Assembly: GCA_002469865.1 (NCBI GenBank)
Contig: DKOD01000006.1
Coordinates: forward strand, 2,539 to 31,768
Source: Alphaproteobacteria bacterium UBA7371
GTDB lineage: Bacteria > Pseudomonadota > Alphaproteobacteria > UBA8317
Length of the DNA: 29,230 nucleotides
Reading direction: 5' to 3'
Positions within the stretch are counted from its first letter, which is position 1. Each line of letters opens with the position of its first letter. Below the pieces are notes generated by a model that had not been told where the DNA came from, did no database searches, and saw nothing but the letters and a program-made list of their open reading frames with translations. Position numbers and translations under genes: made by a program. This document shows positions 1-7,398 of this stretch, in pieces.

Positions 1-1458
1 CTTGATCCAAGTGCTGTTTTTCATCTCAGCCTTGCGCACCACAGGCCCCGCTTCCATGGAGGTGTGGATTTCGTCACCAGTGCGGTCAAGGAAACCGGTA
101 TTAATGAACACCACCCGCTTATGCGCCGCTGCAATGCATGCCTTAAGATTTACGCTTGTGCGGCGTTCTTCATCCATGATGCCCATTTTGATGGTGTTGC
201 GGGGAAGGGCCAGAATATCCTCCACATGTTCAAACACTTCATCGGCAAAGGCCACTTCCTCAGGTCCATGCATCTTTGGCTTAACGATATAGATGGATTG
301 GGTTTGAGAGTTTCTCGTGGCACCCTCATCCTTTCGCAAGTCATGAATGGCGATCAAGCTGGTGATCAATGCATCAAGCAAACCCTCATGCAACTCGCTT
401 CCATCTGCGCGCAGCACTGCAGGTGTGGTCATCAGATGACCAACATTGCGCACCAACATGAGGCTTCGGCCCCGAAGGATAACATTATGACCCGCGGGGG
501 AAAGATATTCGCGATCCTGGTTCAATCGACGTGTTTGGGTTTTGCCGGATTTTTCGAATGCTGAGGTGAGGTCACCGCGCATCAAGCCCAACCAGTTGCG
601 GTAAGCAAGAACCTTGTCTTCTGCATCCACCGTGGCCACGGAATCTTCGCAATCCATGATGGTGGAAAGGGCGGATTCGGCGATGATGTCGCTGATGCCT
701 GCTTTGTCACGGCTGCCAATCACACTTTTGGGGTCAATAACAATTTCCAGATGAAGCCCGTGATGGCCCAGCAGCAAATGGGTGATTTCTGGGTTGCCCC
801 GATAGCCCTTGAAGCAGCCAGGTTCTTTGAGGCTTGTTTGTTCATCTGCAAGGTGAATAGCCAGACGGTCGCCATTCCTTACAAGGCCTGTGATGTCGGC
901 CCAACTGCCATGTTGTAATGGAAAAAATTCGTCCAAAATTTCCCGCACATGGGCAACCACCCTTGCGCCCCGTTGTGGGTTGTACCCTTTGCCATCAAGC
1001 TCGCCGTCATGAATTTCCAAGGCGTCGGTGCCGTAAAAGGCGTCATAAAGGCTGCCCCATCTTGCATTGGCTGCATTGAGCGCATAGCGGGCATTGGTGA
1101 TCGGTACCACCAATTGGGGGCCTGCCAGGGTGGCAATTTCATCATCCACATTGGTGGTTTCAACCCGAACTTGTTTGGGCTCTGGCACCAAATAGCCAAT
1201 GTCACGAAGAAATTTTTTGTAAGCATCTTTGTCAAAATCTTGATCCCGATGATCTCGGTGCCATTGGTCAATTTTTTCTTGGAGATCGTCGCGTTTTTCG
1301 AGCAGTTTTATGTTCTTTTCAGAAAAGTACCGATCCAGATGGTCTAGGCCACTGAAGAAAGTCTCTGGCACCACCGGAAGATCTGGAAGCACCTCCAATT
1401 CCAAAAAGTCGCAAAGAGCGTCATGGATTTTAAGATTTTGGCGTTGACGATATGCCAT
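1..1458 (-). CDS. glcB: Malate synthase G (3' end truncated by window edge)
   Basis: Not in ORF track (no stop inside window). Manual minus-strand translation from ATG at 1458 (GGGGAG upstream): MAYRQRQNLKIHDALCDFLELEVLP..., IMDCEDSVATVDAEDKVLAYRNWLGLM, LMLVRNVGHLMT, IMDEERRTSVNLKAC, FINTGFLDRTGDEIHTSMEAGP. These are malate synthase G signatures, and the segments checked share one frame down to base 1. Confidence 0.97.
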   Translation of the reverse strand, partial: MAYRQRQNLKIHDALCDFLELEVLPDLPVVPETFFSGLDHLDRYFSEKNIKLLEKRDDLQEKIDQWHRDHRDQDFDKDAYKKFLRDIGYLVPEPKQVRVETTNVDDEIATLAGPQLVVPITNARYALNAANARWGSLYDAFYGTDALEIHDGELDGKGYNPQRGARVVAHVREILDEFFPLQHGSWADITGLVRNGDRLAIHLADEQTSLKEPGCFKGYRGNPEITHLLLGHHGLHLEIVIDPKSVIGSRDKAGISDIIAESALSTIMDCEDSVATVDAEDKVLAYRNWLGLMRGDLTSAFEKSGKTQTRRLNQDREYLSPAGHNVILRGRSLMLVRNVGHLMTTPAVLRADGSELHEGLLDALITSLIAIHDLRKDEGATRNSQTQSIYIVKPKMHGPEEVAFADEVFEHVEDILALPRNTIKMGIMDEERRTSVNLKACIAAAHKRVVFINTGFLDRTGDEIHTSMEAGPVVRKAEMKNSTWIK

Positions 1459-1487
1459 AAGATTCTCCCCGAAATATCACGTTGCAA

Positions 1488-1516
1488 GCGTTAAGGTTTA
1501 GGTGCTGGATGGACAA
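1488..1516 (-). promoter_or_regulatory. Possible sigma70-type promoter for glcB
   Basis: Minus strand TTGTCC-N17-TAACGC, ~30 nt upstream of the ATG. The -10 lacks the final T, which is common in alphaproteobacteria. Pattern match only. Confidence 0.3.
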
Positions 1517-1537
1517 GTGTCACCCCTCACCGCGATT

Positions 1538-2452
1538 TTATCTTTTCTTGATCATATCTGAGGCGGCTGCATGGGCTGATAGAAAAGCCGATTCCACACC
1601 ATTCAATCCAAATCCGTCACCGGCAACCCATATGGGCAAATCACGATGGGCCAACATGCCACCATCCATGGCAGTTTTGGTATGTGCATAAAGCCAGCGA
1701 TGGGCCTGAAGGTCCAAAACCTGATTGCCGGCATCAGCCAGACGCCTGGACATGATGCCAGCAAGTTCCTTCAAGTCTGTTTGCAGCCATGGCATGGTTG
1801 CATCCTCGTCAAAATGAACCACAAGCCTGTGGCCTTCCTGACGGCCAGGTTTGTCTGCCTCCCAAAGATTGGTGCTGTTACCAGCGCCCATCAATTTGGC
1901 CAGGCCCAATTCATCCCCACGCGCAACCATGGTGGCCATGATGGTAACCACAGGCCGATAGCTTACCTGGCCTGCGTCAGGCCAGCTCTGGTCCCAATGG
2001 TTATGAAGTAGGGTTTTGGCCTGGGGCATGGGGCAGGTGATGAGAAGTTTTGTGCCCTCATACGTGACCCCGTCGGTATCTTTGAGTTGTAATCGTCCTG
2101 CATCTTCGGTGATCGAGGCAACTTGCTTTTGCGCCAAAAAATCAGCTTCTTTGGGGGCCATTGCCCTGGCCAAATTGTTGCCTGCTGGTTTGGCCACAGC
2201 CACGCCACCGTCAAGGTCTAGGATTCCTTGATCCACATAGGTTTGCAAAAATTTCTTGAAAATGGGCGATGTCACCTTGAAGAAGGAAGTTCCATGATCA
2301 TAGCCACCAAGATCATGGCGTCGGTGGCTCATGCGTCCCCCAACGCCTCGGGCCTTCTCCAGCATCAAACAGGAAAGCCCAGCTTTGGTGAGCATGTTAT
2401 AGGCTGTAAGGCCCGCCATGCCAGAGCCAATAATCAAAACATCTCTGGCCAT
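1538..2452 (-). CDS. Renalase-like / predicted NAD(P)/FAD-dependent oxidoreductase
   Basis: N-terminal Rossmann motif VLIIGSGMAG, then EKARGVGGRMSHRR, DHG, HRWLYA and C-terminal VAGDGF..GVESAFLS. Start moved from 2515 to the ATG at 2452 (MARDVLII), preceded by AAGGA. Confidence 0.85.
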   Translation of the reverse strand: MARDVLIIGSGMAGLTAYNMLTKAGLSCLMLEKARGVGGRMSHRRHDLGGYDHGTSFFKVTSPIFKKFLQTYVDQGILDLDGGVAVAKPAGNNLARAMAPKEADFLAQKQVASITEDAGRLQLKDTDGVTYEGTKLLITCPMPQAKTLLHNHWDQSWPDAGQVSYRPVVTIMATMVARGDELGLAKLMGAGNSTNLWEADKPGRQEGHRLVVHFDEDATMPWLQTDLKELAGIMSRRLADAGNQVLDLQAHRWLYAHTKTAMDGGMLAHRDLPIWVAGDGFGLNGVESAFLSAHAAASDMIKKR

Positions 2453-2534
2453 TTCGATGCCATCCTTACACATGTTGTGGCTGAACAAGGATAAACCCGA
2501 AATGGGTTCTTTCAAGCCACGATTTCAATAACGT

Positions 2535-3476
2535 TTAAAACACGTACGAAGCCATCGCATGGTATAGCGGAATGCCTAAAATGACATTGAAGGGAAACGT
2601 GATGCCAAGGCTAAGACCCAAATATAGGCTTGGCGACGCCTCGGGAATGGCATGACGAAGTGCGGCAGGCACAGCAATATAGCTTGCACTTGCCACCAGG
2701 ACCATCATCAAGATGGTGTTGCCAAAGCCGATCCCCAGCACAAGGCATGCCGCCAAGGCGAGGCTGGCATGCAGCAAGGGGGCAATCAATGCATAAGCCA
2801 ACAGCACGGGGCTCTTTCCTTTTAATTGGGGAATATTTTTGGCCACCTGAAGGCCCATATCCAACAAAAAGAAGGCCAATAGGCCTGAGAAGAGGTCGCT
2901 GGCGAAAGGTTTCATGAGGTCATAGCCTTCGGTGCCTGCAAGCACCCCAATGGCCAATGACGCCAAAAGCAGCAAATTGGCACCTTCCACAAAACTATCC
3001 TTCAGAATATGCCCCACGGAGGTGTCTGCATTTCTGCGCATGTTGTTTGAAAACAAAACAGCGATAATAATCGCCGGCGACTCCATCAAGGCCATGGCCG
3101 CACTCATATAGCCGTCATAGGAGATGCCCATATTGGTCAAATATTGGCTCGCGGTGACGAACGTTACCGCACTAATGGATCCATAGGTTGCAGCAACTGC
3201 TGAGGCGTCAAAGCCATTTAAATAAAGGCGCAAAAAACGGTAGGAAATCATGGGGACCAGGAAGGCCATAAAGATGGCCAGGGCCATGATGGTCAGCACA
3301 TCAATTGTTAGCCCTGATTGAGAAAGGGCCAGGCCACCTTTGAGGCCAATCGACATCAAGAGATACATGCTCAAGAATTTGGCAACCGCCTGGGGGAGCT
3401 CCAAATTGCTTTTCATCACCCCAGCAAGAATGCCAAAGACAAAAAACAAAATGGCTGGGTTGGTAAGGATATCCAT
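2535..3476 (-). CDS. SbtA-like (DUF897) Na+-dependent bicarbonate transporter family permease
   Basis: 313 aa with about 10 hydrophobic segments in two halves. Motifs YLLMSIGLKGG, YGSISAVTF, MESPAII, FFLLDMG, ASASYIAVPAA and SLGITFPFN are typical of the family. Confidence 0.9.
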   Translation of the reverse strand: MDILTNPAILFFVFGILAGVMKSNLELPQAVAKFLSMYLLMSIGLKGGLALSQSGLTIDVLTIMALAIFMAFLVPMISYRFLRLYLNGFDASAVAATYGSISAVTFVTASQYLTNMGISYDGYMSAAMALMESPAIIIAVLFSNNMRRNADTSVGHILKDSFVEGANLLLLASLAIGVLAGTEGYDLMKPFASDLFSGLLAFFLLDMGLQVAKNIPQLKGKSPVLLAYALIAPLLHASLALAACLVLGIGFGNTILMMVLVASASYIAVPAALRHAIPEASPSLYLGLSLGITFPFNVILGIPLYHAMASYVF

Positions 3477-3485
3477 GCTTGTTGT

Positions 3486-3503
3486 TCAAAACCCCTGTTT
3501 TGA
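3486..3503. promoter_or_regulatory. Inverted repeat TCAAAAC-N4-GTTTTGA in the sbtA-like leader (operator or mRNA hairpin)
   Basis: Perfect 7-bp arms ending 9 nt upstream of the ATG; on the coding strand the loop reads AGGG. Confidence 0.4.
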
Positions 3504-3611
3504 GAAAGGCCAGAATCACACCGCGATCATGCTCAGCGCAGCTTTAGAAGAGCAATTGCCCCCGCCGCAAGAGCCCGTGGCCATTACCCAACCTTGGTCG
3601 GTAAAAGTTGC

Positions 3612-3640
3612 GCCATGCCCAACGGGTTTTGGGGCATGGC
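3612..3640 (-). terminator. Stem-loop immediately after the stop of the spermidine-synthase-like gene
   Basis: GCCATGCCC-N11-GGGCATGGC, a 9-bp stem abutting the TAA at 3641-3643. The U-tract is weak and displaced (GCAACUUUU), so it may be a stabilising hairpin rather than an intrinsic terminator. Confidence 0.45.
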
Positions 3641-5125
3641 TTAAGGCTTAAGCAGCAACCTATCGACTGGTGAAAAATCATCAGTAAGTTTCAGCGGCAT
3701 CAAATTTTGGTTGAATTGTGCGATCATAAGGCTCGGCCAGGCAAAAAATTCATTTGTCCCAATGGTAAGCTCTGTCACCAAAGGCTGGCTTGATGCTGCC
3801 AGCACAAAGGTGGTTCGCCCCCATTGGCGCAGGGCGTTTTGATCGGAATATACCTGAACATTGGGAAACACCTCCGCCAAGCTTTTGAGCACCGAAAGCA
3901 TGAAGCGCGGCTTTTGGGCATGATCCACAATATTAAGAAGATACAGCCCATCATAGGACAATTTGTCAGCAACCTCCCTAGCAAACTCCGTGGTGGTGAG
4001 ATGCTGGGGTACAGAAAGGTCATGGAAAGCATCGCCGATGATGACATCCTGGGGTGTTGTCAGCTGACGCAACCCAGCACGACCATCACCATGGATGATG
4101 GTTGTCTCGTCCGATGGCTTATACCATAACTTTGCTTGGGCCATTTCCGTCACCACCGGGTCCACCTCGGCAATGGTTAGGCGCATTTTTGGGTGGCTGT
4201 GGCCCCAGGCGCGCGGCAAGGTGTAGGCGCCTCCACCGACAAAATAAGCACTTTTGCCAGGCCCAACATGTTTGCTTGCAAGCATATCCATCAACGCCAC
4301 ATAGGGTGAATATAGGCGTGAGGGGTCATCCCGATCATTAAAGCCATGGACCAAATGATCAAGCACCATAAAGCGTTTGCCCGGTTCTTCTTCAATGACC
4401 CGGATGCAATAATAGTCACTCTCCCGATCACATAGTTTGCCAGCTGCCAGGGCAGGCCAAGAGGCCAAGAGGGCGGCCAGCAGCATGGATAGGGCAAGCA
4501 TGGAGATGGCTGGCCAGATGCCGCGTCCAAGCGTGAGGGCGAGGCCTGCCAGCACCATATCCAAGGCAGCCATGGCAGCCATGGTGCCATGGCTGCCTAT
4601 AAAGCCAATAAACACATAACCAGCCAATAAGGTGCCAATGATGCTCCCTGCTGCGCCAAGCCCGAAAAACACCCCCAGCACAAGTGCTGGCCGTTGCGCC
4701 CGTTCTTGGGCAAGGCTTGTGGCGATGGGGGAGACAAGGCCAAGGCAAAGGCTTGGGACAAAAAATGTTGCCAGCGAAAGGACAAGAATACTTCTTACCG
4801 GGCTGTTGTCGTTGCTTAGGCCAGGGGCCAAGGCCTGCAAAAGGCTTGGCGCTGCCGCCGTTGCCAAGGCAGCAACCGCAAACATGCAAGCCATGACCAT
4901 GCCGTTCACCCGGGCATTTCCTGGCCTATAGGCAATGCCACCAAAAAAATTACCTAGGGTAAGGCCTGCCAATACCGTCGCAATAATGGCTGTCCATGTG
5001 TATAAAGACATGCCCACATAGGGTGCCAGCATTCGCCCCGCAGCGATTTCCACCACCAAGGTGGCCGCGGCAGAGAAAGTCACCAACATGGCATTGATGG
5101 TCATATGCCCGGACATGTTGCTCAT
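3641..5125 (-). CDS. Fused membrane domain / spermidine-synthase-like SAM-binding protein (MFS-SpdSyn type)
   Basis: About 7 N-terminal TM segments (EIAAGRMLAPYVGMSLYTW), then ESDYYCIRV, YFVGGGAY, AEVDP, GDGR and DVIIGDAF. Start set at ATG 5125 (GGGGAAG upstream); the ORF-track extension to 5293 overlaps pdxJ. Confidence 0.85.
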   Translation of the reverse strand: MSNMSGHMTINAMLVTFSAAATLVVEIAAGRMLAPYVGMSLYTWTAIIATVLAGLTLGNFFGGIAYRPGNARVNGMVMACMFAVAALATAAAPSLLQALAPGLSNDNSPVRSILVLSLATFFVPSLCLGLVSPIATSLAQERAQRPALVLGVFFGLGAAGSIIGTLLAGYVFIGFIGSHGTMAAMAALDMVLAGLALTLGRGIWPAISMLALSMLLAALLASWPALAAGKLCDRESDYYCIRVIEEEPGKRFMVLDHLVHGFNDRDDPSRLYSPYVALMDMLASKHVGPGKSAYFVGGGAYTLPRAWGHSHPKMRLTIAEVDPVVTEMAQAKLWYKPSDETTIIHGDGRAGLRQLTTPQDVIIGDAFHDLSVPQHLTTTEFAREVADKLSYDGLYLLNIVDHAQKPRFMLSVLKSLAEVFPNVQVYSDQNALRQWGRTTFVLAASSQPLVTELTIGTNEFFAWPSLMIAQFNQNLMPLKLTDDFSPVDRLLLKP

Positions 5126-5162
5126 GAAGCTTCCCCAATCTATGTACAAACGCACCAAAGCG

Positions 5163-5190
5163 TTGTTGATCAAGCATGCTTGAAAAACAA
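5163..5190. promoter_or_regulatory. 28-bp imperfect palindrome in divergent promoter region (candidate operator)
   Basis: TTGTTGATCAAGCATGCTTGAAAAACAA: 12 of 14 positions pair, with a perfect 14-bp core TCAAGCATGCTTGA at 5170-5183. Confidence 0.45.
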
Positions 5191-5240
5191 CCGGATACAA
5201 GCCCAGGTGGCAAGGCCTGATGATACCGAGGGTATGTTGC

Positions 5241-5966
5241 ATGACGAAACGACGTTTGAGCGTCAATATTGACCACGTGGCCACCCTACGCAATGCGCGC
5301 GGTGGTCTTACCCCTGATCCATATGAGGCAGCTTGCCGCGTGGTCCGTCTGGGTGCTTATTCTGTGACCATGCATTTGCGGGAGGACCGTCGCCACGTGC
5401 GCGATGATGATCTGGCCCGTGTCGCTGATGACCCCAATATTTTGCTCAATTTTGAGATGGCGGCGACGGTGGAAATGATTGGCAAATTGGCCGATCTCAA
5501 ACCTCATGCAGCCTGTCTGGTTCCTGAGCAACGGGCAGAGCGCACCACCGAGCGTGGGCTCATTGCCTCTGGTGATGGTGCTTTGGGGGAAGCTGTCGCT
5601 GAGGGAAACCGTCTTGGCGTGCAGATGAGTTTGTTCGTCGATGCAGGGCGGGAAGGCCCGGATTTGGCCAAGCGTCTAGGTGCAGAAGCGGTGGAGTTTC
5701 ATACCGGTCCATTATGTGATGCCCTGGCAGAATGCCGGTTTGCAGATGCCCAACACCATTATGACGACCTGGTCATGGCCTGCGCTTATGCCTCGAAGCT
5801 CGGTCTTGAAGTGCATGCGGGTCACGGCCTTGATGCCTATTCAGCAAGATTGATGAAAAAAATACCTCAGATACGTGAAATGTCTATTGGGTTTGCCCTC
5901 ATGGCCGATGCCATGCTCTATGGCCTCGATCATGCGGTGACCCGCATGCTTGATGCGGTGGCGTGA
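5241..5966 (+). CDS. pdxJ: Pyridoxine 5'-phosphate synthase
   Basis: LSVNIDHVATLRNARGG, HLREDRRH, CLVPE, VEFHTG and HAGHGL motifs; start ATG 5241. Confidence 0.96.
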   Translation: MTKRRLSVNIDHVATLRNARGGLTPDPYEAACRVVRLGAYSVTMHLREDRRHVRDDDLARVADDPNILLNFEMAATVEMIGKLADLKPHAACLVPEQRAERTTERGLIASGDGALGEAVAEGNRLGVQMSLFVDAGREGPDLAKRLGAEAVEFHTGPLCDALAECRFADAQHHYDDLVMACAYASKLGLEVHAGHGLDAYSARLMKKIPQIREMSIGFALMADAMLYGLDHAVTRMLDAVA

Positions 5967-5985
5967 CGAGGGGAATGTGAACTTC

Positions 5986-6711
5986 ATGGCAGAGCGTGCA
6001 AAGGGCCTTTGGGCCAACATAAGAACTATTTTTTGGGGTGTGATGATTGCCATCGTCATTCGTTCCCTGATGGTGCAGCCATTTACCATCCCCTCTGGCT
6101 CCATGATCCCAACGCTTCTTGTGGGTGATTATGTTGTGGTGAGCAAATTCACATATGGTTATTCCCGATTTTCTGTTCCATTTTCCCCTGACATCTTTGG
6201 TGGTGGCCGGATTGCCTCAAGCCTTCCTGAACGCGGTGATGTGGTGGTCTTCCGTTTGCCCCAGAACAACACGGTCGATTACATCAAGCGGGCCATTGGC
6301 CTTCCCGGTGACCGGGTGCAAATGCGCAATGGCCAATTGATCATTAATGGTGCCGCGGTGCCCAACAAATTTGTTGGCTGCGCGGATGCGCGGCCGACCA
6401 CCAACAATTGCCGCTACCAGGTTTTTGAAGAAATTTTGGGGGATGCGCCCAGTTTGATGATGGATTCTGGCCGCACCAGGGTGGACAACACCAGGGAGTT
6501 CTTGGTGCCTGAAGGCCACGTCTTTTTTATGGGTGATAACCGAGACAATTCTGAAGATTCCCGCCTTGGGGTGGGTTTTGTTCCGGCTGAAAACCTGGTG
6601 GGTCGTGCCGATCTGGTGTTGTTTTCGATCGATGAAGCTTTTCGTATTTCTGACCCATCCACCTATGCATATTTGTTCCGCTGGGGACGTTTCTTTACGT
6701 TGGTCGATTAA
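5986..6711 (+). CDS. lepB: Signal peptidase I
   Basis: One N-terminal TM, catalytic Ser in PSGSMIPTL, catalytic Lys in YIKRAIGLPGD, and MGDNRDNSEDSR. Start is either ATG 5986 or GTG 5977. Confidence 0.97.
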   Translation: MAERAKGLWANIRTIFWGVMIAIVIRSLMVQPFTIPSGSMIPTLLVGDYVVVSKFTYGYSRFSVPFSPDIFGGGRIASSLPERGDVVVFRLPQNNTVDYIKRAIGLPGDRVQMRNGQLIINGAAVPNKFVGCADARPTTNNCRYQVFEEILGDAPSLMMDSGRTRVDNTREFLVPEGHVFFMGDNRDNSEDSRLGVGFVPAENLVGRADLVLFSIDEAFRISDPSTYAYLFRWGRFFTLVD

Positions 6712-6714
6712 GTC

Positions 6715-7398
6715 ATGAGTCGTCGGCGTGATGCTGAATTAACCAATATTGAAGAGCGCCTTGGCTATATCTTTGAAGACCGTCAACTTCTGGACCGTGC
6801 CCTGACCCATTCCTCGGCCCAGGCCAGCTATTCCAATGAGCGGTTGGAATTTCTGGGTGATAGGGTGTTGGGTATCGTGGTTGCGGAATATTTGTTTCAA
6901 GAGCCTGAGCGCCATAATGAGGGCGATATGGCGGCACGCCTCAACCATTTTGTGCGTGGTGAGGCTTGTGCGAAGATTGCCAAAAATATCCGCCTTTCTG
7001 ACGGCATGAGAAGTAGGGCCCATGATCAAGATGGGGTATTGGCTGATTCCATCCTTGCCGATGCCATGGAAGCGGTGTTGGCTGCGGTCTTTCTCGATGG
7101 CGGAATGGGTGAAGCCCGTCATGTGGTGCTGCGGTTATGGTCGGACCTCTTGGCGCAAGAGCCAGAGAGCTTTAAGGACCCCAAATCCCGACTCCAGGAA
7201 TATTCCCAAAGCGTCGGTTTGGGGCTTCCTCATTACCAACTTGAGGGCAGTGATGGTCCTGACCATGCCCCACAATTTCATGTTGTCGTGTCGCTGGATG
7301 GGGCCGAGAATGCCCGTGGATCAGGCACTTCAAAGCGTGATGCCGAACGCCAAGCTGCCAAGGCCATGCTCGAAAAACTTAACGCAGGGTTATTGTGA
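6715..7398 (+). CDS. rnc: Ribonuclease III
   Basis: ALTHSS, NERLEFLGDRVL signature, ADAMEA, and C-terminal dsRBD (DPKSRLQE...G.G.SK..AE..AA). Confidence 0.98.
   Translation: MSRRRDAELTNIEERLGYIFEDRQLLDRALTHSSAQASYSNERLEFLGDRVLGIVVAEYLFQEPERHNEGDMAARLNHFVRGEACAKIAKNIRLSDGMRSRAHDQDGVLADSILADAMEAVLAAVFLDGGMGEARHVVLRLWSDLLAQEPESFKDPKSRLQEYSQSVGLGLPHYQLEGSDGPDHAPQFHVVVSLDGAENARGSGTSKRDAERQAAKAMLEKLNAGLL

Noticed and set aside
2-1347. Plus-strand ORFs of 96, 166 and 132 aa and the minus-strand 130 aa ORF
   Set aside because: Shadow or alternate frames of glcB, which the track missed because it runs off the window.
1459-1537. Glycine riboswitch upstream of glcB (known for some marine alphaproteobacteria)
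   Set aside because: The gap is only 79 nt and I see none of the glycine aptamer core motifs.
3301-3519. 72-aa minus-strand ORF as a possible sbtB or leader protein
   Set aside because: It overlaps the permease out of frame, has no PII-like features, and is too short.
5126-5293. N-terminal extension of the SpdSyn-like ORF to 550 aa (likewise extensions of parC from 8937 and ribD from 21333)
   Set aside because: The extensions overlap neighbouring real genes, look non-homologous, and better starts exist downstream.
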